DNA of 64,000 bases, taken from Kiloniellaceae bacterium. Its GTDB lineage: Bacteria > Pseudomonadota > Alphaproteobacteria > Kiloniellales > J153. The notes beneath the pieces were generated by a model that made no database searches, had not been told where the DNA came from, and worked only from the letters and a program-made list of their open reading frames with translations. Within the stretch, counting starts at the first letter, position 1, and the number at the start of each line of letters is the position of its first letter. This document shows positions 37,522 to 47,494 of this stretch, piece by piece. Location of the stretch: assembly GCA_021776175.1 (NCBI GenBank), contig JAJFGJ010000017.1, positions 38,273 to 102,272 on the forward strand, in the 5' to 3' direction. The position numbers and the translations under genes were made by a program.

Positions 37522-38895
37522 TTACTTGATGATGATCTCCGGCCCCATCAGGCTATTGGGCACCACGGTGGAGAGCCAGGGGATGTAGGTCACCATGATC
37601 AGGAACACGAAAAGGATCGCGAGCCAGGGCATGGCGGCGCGCGCCACGGCCATCATGGGCATCTGCGCCACCCCCGAGGTGACGAAGAGATTGAGCCCCA
37701 CCGGCGGCGTGATCATGCCGATCTCCATGTTGACCACCATGATGATGCCCAGATGGATCGGATCGATGCCGAGGGAGATGGCGATTGGGAAAACCAAGGG
37801 CGCCACGATCACGATAAGCCCCGACGGCTCCATGAACTGACCGCCGATAAGAAGTATCAGGTTGACGATGATCAGGAACATGATCGGCCCGAAGCCCGCG
37901 CCCAGCATGGCCGAGGCGATCGCTTGCGGGATCTGTTCCTCGGTCAGGACGTGCTTCAGGATCAAGGCGTTGGCGATGATGAACATCAACATGATGCTAA
38001 GCTTGCCGGCATCCAACAAGGCGCGCTTGGTGTCCGGGTGCCAGAGCACGGAGAGGCCGAGCCAAATGGTCTGTAGCGGCGTGTCGGCGGAAGTGTCGCG
38101 CTCCGCGAAGGGCCCCATATCCCGGTAAACTAAATTGGCTATCACGAAGGCATAAACCGCCGCGACCGCGGCCGCCTCCGTCGGCGTGAAGATACCGCCG
38201 TAGATACCGCCCAGAATGATGACGATCAGCAGCAGTCCCCAGGCCGCCTCGCGGCCCGACTGCAGGATCTCCTTTATACCGGCCCAGTCCTGTGCCGGCA
38301 GATTGCGGACCCGCGCGACGACGTAGATACCGACCATCAGCATGAGGCCGGCCAGAAGGCCGGGGATGATCCCGGCGAGGAACATGCGTCCGACCGAGAC
38401 GTCGACCGCCGAGGCGTAGACCACCATGACGATCGAGGGCGGGATCAGGATGCCGAGCGTACCGGCGTTGCAGATGATCCCGGCCGCGAACTCCTTGGTG
38501 TAGCCGACTTGGCGCATACCGGCGATGATGATGGTGCCGATCGCGACCACGGTCGCCGGCGACGAACCGCTGAGAGCGGCGAAAAGCATGCAGGCGAAGA
38601 CACCGGCAATCGCCAGCCCGCCCGGAAAATGGCCGACGCAGGCAATCGCGAAACGAATGATGCGCCGCGCCACGCCGCCGGTCGACATGAATGAAGAGGC
38701 CAGGATAAAGAAGGGAATGGCCAGCAGCGTGTAGTGCCCGTCGAAGGCCGAAAACAGCGTCTGGGCGACAGACGCTAGCGAGGCATGGGAATAGATCAAT
38801 AGGAAGGTGATGCTGGAAAGTCCCAGGGACACGGCGATGGGCACGCCGATAACCAGCAGGCCGATGATCATGATGAAGAGGAGCAGCGCTTCCAT
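37522..38895 (-). CDS. dctM: TRAP transporter large permease
   Basis: LLAIPFFILAS, SGSSPATVVAIG, GTLGILIPPSI, GIFTPTEAA, ITPPVGLNLFV. Confidence 0.95.
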   Translation of the reverse strand: MEALLLFIMIIGLLVIGVPIAVSLGLSSITFLLIYSHASLASVAQTLFSAFDGHYTLLAIPFFILASSFMSTGGVARRIIRFAIACVGHFPGGLAIAGVFACMLFAALSGSSPATVVAIGTIIIAGMRQVGYTKEFAAGIICNAGTLGILIPPSIVMVVYASAVDVSVGRMFLAGIIPGLLAGLMLMVGIYVVARVRNLPAQDWAGIKEILQSGREAAWGLLLIVIILGGIYGGIFTPTEAAAVAAVYAFVIANLVYRDMGPFAERDTSADTPLQTIWLGLSVLWHPDTKRALLDAGKLSIMLMFIIANALILKHVLTEEQIPQAIASAMLGAGFGPIMFLIIVNLILLIGGQFMEPSGLIVIVAPLVFPIAISLGIDPIHLGIIMVVNMEIGMITPPVGLNLFVTSGVAQMPMMAVARAAMPWLAILFVFLIMVTYIPWLSTVVPNSLMGPEIIIK

Positions 38896-38899
38896 GGGA

Positions 38900-39559
38900 T
38901 CAGATCTCCTCTTTGTGGGAGGTCTCTCCCCTGACTTCGTGAATCATTTCCTCGGCTTCATGACTGGCGATGACCAGGGCCTGCTGTCCGGTCGCCACTC
39001 TCCAACCGGCCTCCACGAAGCGAAAAAGCATAAGCGCCATGCTGAGGGGCAAGATGAAGTAAGGGATAAAGCGGGGCAGCTTTTCATAGAGCTCCCCCTC
39101 GTTCATGAAACCCGCTAGGAATTGCAGGAAGTCCGGCATGGGAATGTCATCCACCTCCAGGAAGGAGGCGGTGGTCGCGAACTTCCACCAGTAGTTCCAA
39201 CCGCCGATAAGCATGAGAACGCAGAAGGCGATGCAGCACGCTACCGCGAGCAGGGTGAACGCTTTACGCAGCTCGGGCGAAACAATGTTCATGACCGCAT
39301 CCACGCCCAGGTGGGCCGTGATCTTGACGCAGTGGGACGCGCCCAAGAGAATCAGCCAGGCGAAAAGGAATACGGTTGCTTCAAGGGCCCAGAGAATGTT
39401 GTCGTTGAAGACGTAGCGTGCGATAACATTCGCGAAGGTAATCAGGGTCATTAGAGCGAGAAAAACGGCGATCAGCGTTTCCTCGATCCAATTGATGCCT
39501 CGTGCGATGCGTTCCACCAGAACCTCCCCTGACTTCGGCCCCGACGGTGTGCCGCGCAA
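38900..39559 (-). CDS. dctQ: TRAP transporter small permease (start uncertain)
   Basis: FANVIARYVFN..WALE, HLGVD, four TM helices. Confidence 0.9.
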   Translation of the reverse strand: MRGTPSGPKSGEVLVERIARGINWIEETLIAVFLALMTLITFANVIARYVFNDNILWALEATVFLFAWLILLGASHCVKITAHLGVDAVMNIVSPELRKAFTLLAVACCIAFCVLMLIGGWNYWWKFATTASFLEVDDIPMPDFLQFLAGFMNEGELYEKLPRFIPYFILPLSMALMLFRFVEAGWRVATGQQALVIASHEAEEMIHEVRGETSHKEEI

Positions 39560-39611
39560 AGAAGATGCGGCCTTCGCCCGCTACAGTGCCCCGGTTTCTT
39601 ATTAAATTTCA

Positions 39612-39635
39612 GGCGGCGGTCCGAGGACCGCCGCC
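39612..39635 (-). terminator. Hairpin between dctP and dctQ (stabiliser or partial terminator)
   Basis: GGCGGCGGTC-CGAG-GACCGCCGCC 10-bp stem followed by AT-rich sequence on the minus strand. Confidence 0.55.
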
Positions 39636-39652
39636 CATCTTCGTTCGTGGTC

Positions 39653-40648
39653 TTAGTTGGCGGCCTGTGCCGATTCGATCAGATCGGCGCCGACGTCACC
39701 TTCGAATTGTTTCCAGACCGGCTTCATCGCATCCACCCACTTGGCGCGCTGCGCGGCCGTGAGCTGCCGCACCTCGGACCCGGCCTTGATGATCAGTTGC
39801 TTGTTCTCCTCGTTGATCGCGGTCGACTTGGCGTTACGCTCCGCCGAGACCTCGGCGAGAATTCCAGCCAACTGATCGCGGGTACCGTCCGGCAGGTCAT
39901 CCCACCATTCCCTGGAAGTCACGACCAGATAGTCGATGATGCCGTGGTTGGATTCGGTCACGCCATTCTGCACCTCGAAGAACTTCTTGCCGTAGATGTT
40001 CGACCAGGTGTTCTCCTGACCGTCTATGACTCCGGTTTGCAGCGAACCGTAAACCTCCGAGAAGGACATTTTCTGCGGGTTGGCGCCGACCGCTTCGAAC
40101 TGGGCCTTGAGCACGTCGGAGGCTTGTATCCGGAACTTCAGGCCCTTGGCATCGGATGGCTCAAGCAGCGGCTTGGTGGCCGAGAGTTGCTTCAAGCCGT
40201 TATGCCAATAGGCGAGGCCCTGGAGCCCCTTGCGCCGCATGGAGTTGAGCAACTTCTGGCCCGAGGCCGAGGCCTGGAAACTCTCGACCGCATCGATGTC
40301 CTTGAACATGAAGGGCAGATCGAAGAGGCGGAACTTCTTGGTGTACTTCTCGAACTTGGACAGCGAGGGCGCCGCCATCTGGACATCGCCCAGCAGGATT
40401 GCCTCCAGCACCTTATTGTCGTTGTAGAGTTGGGAATTGGGGAAGACCTGCATGCAGGCCGTGCCGTTCATCTGCTCGTTCACGCGCTTTTCCAACAGCG
40501 ACGCGGCGATACCCTTGGGATGTTTGTCGGTGTTGGTCACGTGGCTGAACTTGATGACGAGTTCGCCTGGGTCGCAATTGGCATAGGCGGTTGCCGAGAG
40601 CATGAGCATGGCGCCCACGCCGCTTGCTAAAAACTTCACGATACGCAT
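39653..40648 (-). CDS. dctP: TRAP C4-dicarboxylate-type substrate-binding protein
   Basis: IKFSHV, HPKG, APSLSKF, GLKFRIQASDV, DGQENTWSNI. Confidence 0.95.
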   Translation of the reverse strand: MRIVKFLASGVGAMLMLSATAYANCDPGELVIKFSHVTNTDKHPKGIAASLLEKRVNEQMNGTACMQVFPNSQLYNDNKVLEAILLGDVQMAAPSLSKFEKYTKKFRLFDLPFMFKDIDAVESFQASASGQKLLNSMRRKGLQGLAYWHNGLKQLSATKPLLEPSDAKGLKFRIQASDVLKAQFEAVGANPQKMSFSEVYGSLQTGVIDGQENTWSNIYGKKFFEVQNGVTESNHGIIDYLVVTSREWWDDLPDGTRDQLAGILAEVSAERNAKSTAINEENKQLIIKAGSEVRQLTAAQRAKWVDAMKPVWKQFEGDVGADLIESAQAAN

Positions 40649-40773
40649 GAGAATATCCCTCTATTTCCTGTGCCTACATCGATTGAAGCTCATAGCGGCG
40701 CCGAACGCTACTGAAATTTACCCGCCACCGGATAAAGGCTATCGCGATGGCTCTTTGCCGGGGCCGCTTGGTT

Positions 40774-41574
40774 TTAGGCCGCCCGTTTGCCCAGAGTGCC
40801 GCTGAATGTAAACGACAACGCGAAAATCGCGGTTGCCGCGGCCACGATGGAGGGGCCGGCGGGGGTATCCCATTGGAGCGAGGCGAAAAGTCCGGCGGCG
40901 GCCGAGAGCGCGCCGGCGGCGGCGGCCAGGGCGGCCATTTGTTCCGGCGTGCGCGCGAAGGGGCGCGCCGCCGCGGCGGGAATGATGAGCAGGGAGACGA
41001 TCAAGAGTACCCCGACGATCTTCATGGCGATGGCGATGACAACCGCCAGGATCAACATGAAGACGAGTTGAATTCGTGCGGTATCGATGCCTTCGGCGCG
41101 CGCGAGTTCCTCGTTCAGGGTGATCGCGAGCAGGGTGTTCCAGATCAGGGCGAGGGTCGCCAAGACGGCGGTTCCGCCAAGATAGATCCACAGGATGTCG
41201 CTCCAGGTCACCGCCAGAACGTCGCCGAAGAGATAGGCCATGAGGTCGATCCTGACACTCATGAAGGCGAGCGCGACCAGCCCCAGGGCGAGGCCCGCGT
41301 GGGCCAGAATGCCGAGCAGGGTATCGCCGCCTATCGCGCCTTGTCGTTGCAAGCCGGTGACGATCAAGGCGATCAGAACCGAGGATGCCGCGATGCCGAA
41401 CACCGGGTCGACGTCAATAAGGAGGCCGAGTGCGATGCCCAGCAGCGCGCCATGGGCCAGGGTCGCGCCGAAATAGGCCATGCGGCGCCAGACCACGAAA
41501 CATCCCAGCGGCCCCGCGACCGCCGCGACCCCAACTCCCGCGATCAGCGCCCGCAGAAAAAATTCTTCGATCAC
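40774..41574 (-). CDS. znuB: Zinc ABC transporter permease
   Basis: GPLGCFVVWRRMAYFG, DTLLGILAH, YLFGDVL, DTPAGPSIV; GTG start overlaps the znuC stop. Confidence 0.94.
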   Translation of the reverse strand: MIEEFFLRALIAGVGVAAVAGPLGCFVVWRRMAYFGATLAHGALLGIALGLLIDVDPVFGIAASSVLIALIVTGLQRQGAIGGDTLLGILAHAGLALGLVALAFMSVRIDLMAYLFGDVLAVTWSDILWIYLGGTAVLATLALIWNTLLAITLNEELARAEGIDTARIQLVFMLILAVVIAIAMKIVGVLLIVSLLIIPAAAARPFARTPEQMAALAAAAGALSAAAGLFASLQWDTPAGPSIVAAATAIFALSFTFSGTLGKRAA

Positions 41575-42377
41575 GAGAGGTGCTCCGGCTCGTTGTCCGC
41601 GTGGTTCGTGTCCGCCGCCGCTACCGGGTTCCCGGCCAGGTCGTGGGCGTGGTCGTGGGCGTGGGTATAGACCGCCAGACGGCGCGCCGCCTCGGCCCCG
41701 AAGAGGGCGGTGTATTCCGGGTGATGGCGCACCGATTCCGGGGCGCCGGAACAACAAACGTGATGATTGAGGCAGACCACCCGGTCGGTCGCGGCCATGA
41801 CGATGTGCAAATCGTGCGAGACCAGCAACACGCCCATGGCGTGGCGGCGGCGCAGGCGCCCGATCAGGTCGTAGAGCGCCAGTTGCCCGCCCAGGTCGAC
41901 GCCTTGCAGGGGCTCGTCCAAGAGCAGCAGGTGCGGCTTGCGCAGTAGCGCGCGGGCCAGCATGACGCGCTGGAACTCGCCGCCGGAAAGATCGTGGATC
42001 GCGTGTTTCAGAAGCGCCGCCGCGTCGACCTCGGCCAGCGCCGAGACGATTTCCGCGCCGCTCGACCGGCCTGCCAGGGACAGTAAACGGCGCACGGTAA
42101 GCGGCATCACGCGGTCGATGCTCAGGCGTTGCGGGACATAGCCGATACGTAAATCCGGCTGGCGCCAGAGCGTGCCCGCCGAGGCTTCGACCAGGCCGGC
42201 GACCGCGCGTACCAGGGTGGTCTTGCCGGCGCCGTTGGGACCGATCAGGCTGACGATCTCGCCGCTGCTGACAGTCAGGTCGACGCCGTCCAACGCCGAG
42301 CTGGCTCCAAAGCGGACCGTCAAACCCTTGGCCTCGACCAGAAGGCCGGTCCCGGCGCTCCGCTTATCCAATGCCAT
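41571..42377 (-). CDS. znuC: Zinc ABC transporter ATPase
   Basis: GPNGAGKTT, LSGGEFQRV, VSHDLHIVMA, CLNHHVCCSG, His-rich tail HAHDHAHD. Confidence 0.94.
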   Translation of the reverse strand: MALDKRSAGTGLLVEAKGLTVRFGASSALDGVDLTVSSGEIVSLIGPNGAGKTTLVRAVAGLVEASAGTLWRQPDLRIGYVPQRLSIDRVMPLTVRRLLSLAGRSSGAEIVSALAEVDAAALLKHAIHDLSGGEFQRVMLARALLRKPHLLLLDEPLQGVDLGGQLALYDLIGRLRRRHAMGVLLVSHDLHIVMAATDRVVCLNHHVCCSGAPESVRHHPEYTALFGAEAARRLAVYTHAHDHAHDLAGNPVAAADTNHADNEPEHLS

Positions 42378-42888
42378 GGCCGTCTTCCCCCGCGCGATCC
42401 CGGCAAGGCGGGCACAGGCCTTCGACTTCAATCGTCTTGCTGTGCACGGCGAAGCCTATTTCCTTGGCGCGCCGGTCGATGGCCGCGTTGACGCGCGAGT
42501 CGTCTATCTCCGCCGCCATGCCGCATTCGCTGCAAATCAGGAACTGGCCGGCGTGCGCCTGGCCGGGGGTACGGCAGCCGACAAAGGCGTTCAGGCTTTC
42601 GATACGGTGGATGAGGCCGTGCTCCTTCAGGAAGTCCAGGGCACGGTACACCGTCGGCGGTGCCGCGCCTTCGCGCTCCCGGGCGAGACGGCTCAGCAGG
42701 TCGTAAGCGCCGACCGGCGCATGGCTGGACCAGACCAATTCGAAAACCCGGCGGCGCAATTCGGTCAGGCGCACGCCGCGCTGGGCGCAAAGCGCTTCCG
42801 CGGCGCTCAGCGCTTCGGCGACGCAATCGCCGTGGTCGTGTCTGATGCCGGGAAAAGCACCCTCCGGCGTTCTTGTGGCTTTGCTCAT
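42364..42888 (-). CDS. zur: Zinc uptake regulator (Fur family)
   Basis: HDHGDC, RLTELRRRV, PPTVYRALDFL, HRIESLNAFVGC, CSECG, GLCPPC. Confidence 0.93.
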   Translation of the reverse strand: MSKATRTPEGAFPGIRHDHGDCVAEALSAAEALCAQRGVRLTELRRRVFELVWSSHAPVGAYDLLSRLAREREGAAPPTVYRALDFLKEHGLIHRIESLNAFVGCRTPGQAHAGQFLICSECGMAAEIDDSRVNAAIDRRAKEIGFAVHSKTIEVEGLCPPCRDRAGEDGHGIG

Positions 42889-42932
42889 GTTCCGCCCGGC
42901 AATCTTGACAGCCGATCTTCATTTGGAATATT

Positions 42933-42949
42933 AGGTTATAATATAACAT
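42933..42949. promoter_or_regulatory. Zur box in the divergent zur/znuA promoter
   Basis: GTTAT-AAT-ATAAC palindrome (42935-47); TTGACA at 42905-10. Confidence 0.85.
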
Positions 42950-42972
42950 ATCTTGCAAGGACGAAACCGGTA

Positions 42973-43884
42973 ATGTCAGGGCGAAGAATTGGGGCGTTTT
43001 TGGTATTCGCTTCCGTGCTATTTTCAGGCGGCGCCGGCGATGCGGCGGCTCCGTCACAAGCGGCGGCGGCCAAGGCGCCGCGAGTCGTGGTCTCCATCCA
43101 GCCGCTTCATAGCCTGGTTTCCGCCGTCATGGCGGGCGTGGGCGATCCTTATCTTCTCTTAAGAGGCGCAAGCACACCCCATGACTACGGCTTGACCCCG
43201 GCGGATGCCCGGGCGCTGAGCCGAGCGGAACTGGTCGTATGGGTGGGTGCGGCACTGGAAACGGCCTTGGCCAAACCCCTTGCCTCCTTGGCCGACAAGG
43301 CGGAGGTCTTGGAGGCAAGCGGCGCAAGCGGGGTGATGCTGTTGAAGGGGCCGGCCGGCGAACATGACGACGGCCATATATGGCTGGACCCGCGCAACGC
43401 GCGCGCGGTCGCGCGTTCGGCGGCCCTGGCCTTGGCCCGGATCGATCCCGCGAACGCCGCGCGCTACGCGGCCAACGCCGCCGCCTTGGACGGCCGGCTG
43501 CGGGATCTGGAAGCGGAAGTGACGGCCATGTTGGCGCCGGTGCGGGCCGCGCCCTATGTCGTTTTTCACGATGCCTATCGATACTTCGAGCGCCGCTTCG
43601 CGATGAACCAGGTGGGCACCATCGCGATCAGCCCGGGACGCGCGCCGGGCGCCAGGCGGATCGTGGAAATCAGGGCCCGCTTGCGCGAAACCGGCGCCGC
43701 CTGCGTCTTTCGGGAACCGCAGTTCGAGCCGGCTCAGGCGCGCAACGCGGTCGAGGGCAGCGAGGCTCAAATTGCCGTGCTCGATCCGCTCGGCGCGGAT
43801 ATAGCGCCGGGCCCCACGGCTTACTTCACCTTGCTTAGAAGCATGGCGCGGTCGTTGCGCGCTTGTCTTGCCGCTGGATCCTGA
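42973..43884 (+). CDS. znuA: Zinc ABC transporter substrate-binding protein
   Basis: ATG 42973; VVVSIQPLHSLV, STPHDY, GHIWLDP, VFHDAYRYFE, CVFREPQF, LDPLG. Confidence 0.92.
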   Translation: MSGRRIGAFLVFASVLFSGGAGDAAAPSQAAAAKAPRVVVSIQPLHSLVSAVMAGVGDPYLLLRGASTPHDYGLTPADARALSRAELVVWVGAALETALAKPLASLADKAEVLEASGASGVMLLKGPAGEHDDGHIWLDPRNARAVARSAALALARIDPANAARYAANAAALDGRLRDLEAEVTAMLAPVRAAPYVVFHDAYRYFERRFAMNQVGTIAISPGRAPGARRIVEIRARLRETGAACVFREPQFEPAQARNAVEGSEAQIAVLDPLGADIAPGPTAYFTLLRSMARSLRACLAAGS

Positions 43885-43998
43885 ACGGAACTTTTCGCCG
43901 CCGGTCGGGCGCGGCAAAGGTTTTGGCGTTTCCAGGCTTGCGCGCGCCCGCCGAAACGGGCATTGAGCGAAGAGATACATTTCCGGGCTTACGCTCCT

Positions 43999-45240
43999 AT
44001 GTTCAAGACCCTTGCCTCGGTTGCCGCGATCCTCTTGGGGGCGGCGATCATGATGACCGGCAACAGCCTTCTGAACCTGACACTTCCGCTCAAGCTGGAC
44101 GCGGCGGACTTTTCGCCAGAGGCGATCGGAATCGTCATGGCCGCTTATTTCGCCGGTCTTTGGGCCGGCAGTGTCTATGGCCGCAGGCTGATCGGCGGCG
44201 TTGGGCACATCCGCGCCTTCGCCGGTTTCGCCGGCATCATTGGCGCGGTGGCGCTTGCCTATCCCCTGCTATTCAACACGGTCTCCTGGGGAATATTACG
44301 CTTTCTCGCCGGGTTTTGTATCGCCGGGGTGTTCGCGGTCATGGAAAGCTGGTTGAACGAGCGCAGCGAAAACGAAACCCGTGGCCAGGTGCTCAGCATC
44401 TATATGATCGTCATGTACGCGGCCGGGATCTCGGGTCAGCTCATGGTCAACCTTTGGGACCTGCGGGCCTTGGAGGGTTTCATCATGGCCGCCCTGCTGA
44501 CCTCTCTATCGATCGTTCCGGTGGTCCTGACGCGGGTCGAGGCGCCCAAGCTCGACCGGATCGAGCCATTGTCGATTCGCGAACTCTATCGTGCATCGCC
44601 GCTGGCGGTGACCGGCTCGGCCGGGGCCGGCGCGGTTATGAGTTCTTATTACGGCATGGGACCGGTTTTCGCTTCCGGTGCAGGATTTAGCGTCTTTCAG
44701 GTATCCGTGTTCATGGCTTCCGTCATCTTCGGCGGCATGGCGCTGCAATGGCCGATCGGGCGCATTTCCGACCGTTTCGACCGCCGCCGGGTGCTTCTGG
44801 GGGTCTTGAGCGCGGTTGTCGCCGTGTGCGCCGCCGGCGCCGCGGCGATCCTCGGCGAGGCGCCCTTCTGGGCCTTCATCGTCATCGCCATGTTGCTTGG
44901 CGGCGGCATGACGACGATCTATCCAATTTGCATCGCCCAGGTTTTCGATTACCTGCCGCGCGAACGCTACGTGGCGGCGTCGGGCGGGCTGATCATGGCT
45001 TATGCCGTTGGGGCGACCTTCGGTCCCATCGTCTCGGCCTTCGGCATCGGACGTCTTGGGCCGCCCGCGTTTTTCGGATTTATCGGCGCCGTGCTGGCGG
45101 CTTTAGCGATCTTCGTCCTGTACCGCATGACCGAGCGCGCCAGCGTGCCGCTCGACCTCCAGGAGCCCGTGGTCGCGGTGACCCGTATGTCGCCGGCGGT
45201 GGCGGAACTCGATCCGCGGGCGGCGCCGGCGGAGGAATGA
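43999..45240 (+). CDS. MFS transporter (YcaD-like)
   Basis: About twelve TM helices; VGHIRAFA, ESWLNE, QWPIGRISDRFDRR. Confidence 0.9.
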   Translation: MFKTLASVAAILLGAAIMMTGNSLLNLTLPLKLDAADFSPEAIGIVMAAYFAGLWAGSVYGRRLIGGVGHIRAFAGFAGIIGAVALAYPLLFNTVSWGILRFLAGFCIAGVFAVMESWLNERSENETRGQVLSIYMIVMYAAGISGQLMVNLWDLRALEGFIMAALLTSLSIVPVVLTRVEAPKLDRIEPLSIRELYRASPLAVTGSAGAGAVMSSYYGMGPVFASGAGFSVFQVSVFMASVIFGGMALQWPIGRISDRFDRRRVLLGVLSAVVAVCAAGAAAILGEAPFWAFIVIAMLLGGGMTTIYPICIAQVFDYLPRERYVAASGGLIMAYAVGATFGPIVSAFGIGRLGPPAFFGFIGAVLAALAIFVLYRMTERASVPLDLQEPVVAVTRMSPAVAELDPRAAPAEE

Positions 45241-45243
45241 CGG

Positions 45244-46191
45244 CTACTCCACCGCGCGGGGGTCGAGTGCGTCTTGCAGACCGTCGCCCAGAAAGTTGAA
45301 GGCGATGACGGTGGCGAAGATCAAGAGGCCGGGATAGATCGCCAGCGCCGGGGCGTCCCAGATCAGCTCCTGCGCGTTGGTCAGCATGTTGCCCCACGAG
45401 GCGATGGGCGGCTGAATGCCGAGGCCGAGGAAGCTCAGCACCGATTCCAGAAGGATGATGTTGCCGATGGAAAGCGTCGTCGCGACGATGATTGGCGAAA
45501 CCACGTTGGGCAGGATGTGGACCAGGATAATGCGCCCGTGGCCGGCGCCGAGTGCCCGCGCGGCGCGCACGAACTCGCGCGTTTTCATGGATAGTGTCGC
45601 CCCGCGCACCAGGCGCGCGACCGTGGTCCAACCCACCAGCACGATCAGGATCACGATGCGGTAGAGGCTGACGTCCTGCGAGGTCGCGAGCGCTTCGGGC
45701 AGGCCCAGCTTGGTTAAGTCGATCGCCGCCAAGACGATCAGCAAGGGCAGGAGCGGCAGGGCGATGACGCCGTCGGTCAGGCGCATGAGCAGGGCGTCCG
45801 CGGCGCCGCCGAAGTATCCGGCCCAAAGTCCGACCGCGGTACCGATCACGGCCGCGCCCAGGGCGGCGGTCAGCCCGACCAGAAGCGAGACGCGGCCGCC
45901 GTAAAGCAGGCGCAGCATCAGGTCCCGGCCCAACTCGTCGGTACCCAGGGGATGTCCGGGGGAGGGCGGCAACTTGGCCGCGAAGAGATCGACCAGGGTG
46001 GCGTCCAGGCCCAAGGCGGCCTCGATCAGCGGCGCGGCCAGGGCGGCTGCGGACAGACAAGCGAGGACCAAGAGGCTACCCAAGGCCAGGCGGTGTTCCA
46101 GAAACCGCCGCCACAAAATCGCGCCGGGCGAGCGCGACGGGCCCAGGGCGCTTGATGCCCCTGCCGCCAGGAGGCCGCCGGGCTCAGCCAT
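45244..46191 (-). CDS. Peptide/nickel ABC transporter permease (OppC/DppC-like)
   Basis: HPLGTDELGRD, EFVRAARALGA, HILPN, GDGLQDALDPR. Confidence 0.93.
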   Translation of the reverse strand: MAEPGGLLAAGASSALGPSRSPGAILWRRFLEHRLALGSLLVLACLSAAALAAPLIEAALGLDATLVDLFAAKLPPSPGHPLGTDELGRDLMLRLLYGGRVSLLVGLTAALGAAVIGTAVGLWAGYFGGAADALLMRLTDGVIALPLLPLLIVLAAIDLTKLGLPEALATSQDVSLYRIVILIVLVGWTTVARLVRGATLSMKTREFVRAARALGAGHGRIILVHILPNVVSPIIVATTLSIGNIILLESVLSFLGLGIQPPIASWGNMLTNAQELIWDAPALAIYPGLLIFATVIAFNFLGDGLQDALDPRAVE

Positions 46192-47134
46192 AGGAAATCC
46201 TCGGGTCGAGCCAGGCGTAGCAGATGTCGGCCAAGAGGTTGGCGAGCAGCGTGGTCAGGGTCGCCAGCAGCAGCCCGACCAGGGCCAGGTTGAAGTCGTT
46301 GCCCAGGATCGCGTCGTAGATGGTTTTACCCATGCCCAGGGTGCCGAACATGGTTTCCGTGATCAGGGCGCCGGAAAACAACGCGCCGAAATTGAGCGCT
46401 AATATCGTGACCACCGGGACCATGGCGTTGCGCAGGACATGGCCGAGAACGACTTGCCGCTCGCTCAGGCCCTTGGCCCGTGCCGTGCGCACATAGTCCT
46501 GGCGCAAGGCCTCCATGGCCGCCGCGCGCACGAAGCGCAGGATGCCGCCAAGGGTCGCGATGCTCAGGGTCGCGACCGGCAGGATGAGATACTCGGTGCG
46601 GGTCAGGATTCCAGCATCCGCCGGCGCCATGCCGCCTGCCGGCAACCAGCCCAGGAATACGGCGAATACAATGATCAGCAGGATCGCGAGCCAAAACGGC
46701 GGGACGGATATTCCGGCGAAAGCGATCACGTTTACGGCGGCGTCGGTCGCGGATCGTGGGCGGAGCGCGGCCAGCAACCCGGCCGGCAGGGCGAGGGCGA
46801 GCGCGAGCGCGAAGCTCACCCCCATGAGTACGACTGTATTGCCGAGGCGGGGCCAGAGAATGTCCAGCACCGGCTTGGCGTGAATGCGCGAATACCCGAA
46901 GTTGCCCCGCGAGGCGCCGCCGAGCCAGGTGAGATACCGCTCCCATATAGGCTGGTCGAGCCCATGAAGCGCGCGCAGACGCGCCGCGTCCGCCGCCGTC
47001 AACTTGGGATCGGCGTTGATCATAAGGTCAATCGGATCGCCCGGCATCAGCCCGATCAGGCCATAGATCACGAACGACATGATCAGAAGGACAACCGCGG
47101 ATTCGGCCAAGCGCTGAGCGATATAGCGGAGCAT
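46184..47134 (-). CDS. Peptide/nickel ABC transporter permease (OppB/DppB-like)
   Basis: MPGDPID, GLDQP, DYVRTARAKGL, HVLRNA, LDPRI. Confidence 0.93.
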   Translation of the reverse strand: MLRYIAQRLAESAVVLLIMSFVIYGLIGLMPGDPIDLMINADPKLTAADAARLRALHGLDQPIWERYLTWLGGASRGNFGYSRIHAKPVLDILWPRLGNTVVLMGVSFALALALALPAGLLAALRPRSATDAAVNVIAFAGISVPPFWLAILLIIVFAVFLGWLPAGGMAPADAGILTRTEYLILPVATLSIATLGGILRFVRAAAMEALRQDYVRTARAKGLSERQVVLGHVLRNAMVPVVTILALNFGALFSGALITETMFGTLGMGKTIYDAILGNDFNLALVGLLLATLTTLLANLLADICYAWLDPRISYG

Positions 47135-47208
47135 GAGGGGTCAGATAACAGATAACGCGGCGCCGGGGCCAGTTTCCAAGAGCGGTTTACCGGTCTCGAG
47201 CCCGTCTT

Positions 47209-47251
47209 GCCATTCCTCGATCCGCAAGGCCGTGGTCACTTGGCGGCCGGT
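47209..47251 (-). pseudogene. Degenerate duplicate of the 3' end of the peptide-binding protein gene
   Basis: 37/43 nt identical to 48220-48262 by manual alignment; translates TGRQVTTALRIEEW versus TGHQLTTTLWVEEW. Confidence 0.75.
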
Positions 47252-47494
47252 TTTTCGATCGCCATGTTGGCTGGCTAAGAAGCGGAGCCCGGAGGGAGTT
47301 TTGGGCCGAGCGCCTTTCGTGGTAGCATCCTCGGCAATGGGGGGAGTCACTGGGGAATCTCGGGCGACATCTTGCGGATTGTCTTACCATCTCCCCCACG
47401 CAGCAATATAAGACTCGGCGATTCCCCCAGCCAAGCAGCGGGTAGCGTCAGGACGGCGCCACTGTTTGGCTGCGATAACTGGGAGGAGTCAATT

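Noticed and set aside
40710-40730. sigma54 promoter for dctP (minus strand TGGCGG-GTAAA-TTTCA)
   Set aside because: It lacks the conserved -12 GC dinucleotide.
47400-47414. Zur box upstream of the His-rich lipoprotein
   Set aside because: Only a partial half-site (AATATAAG) with no palindrome.
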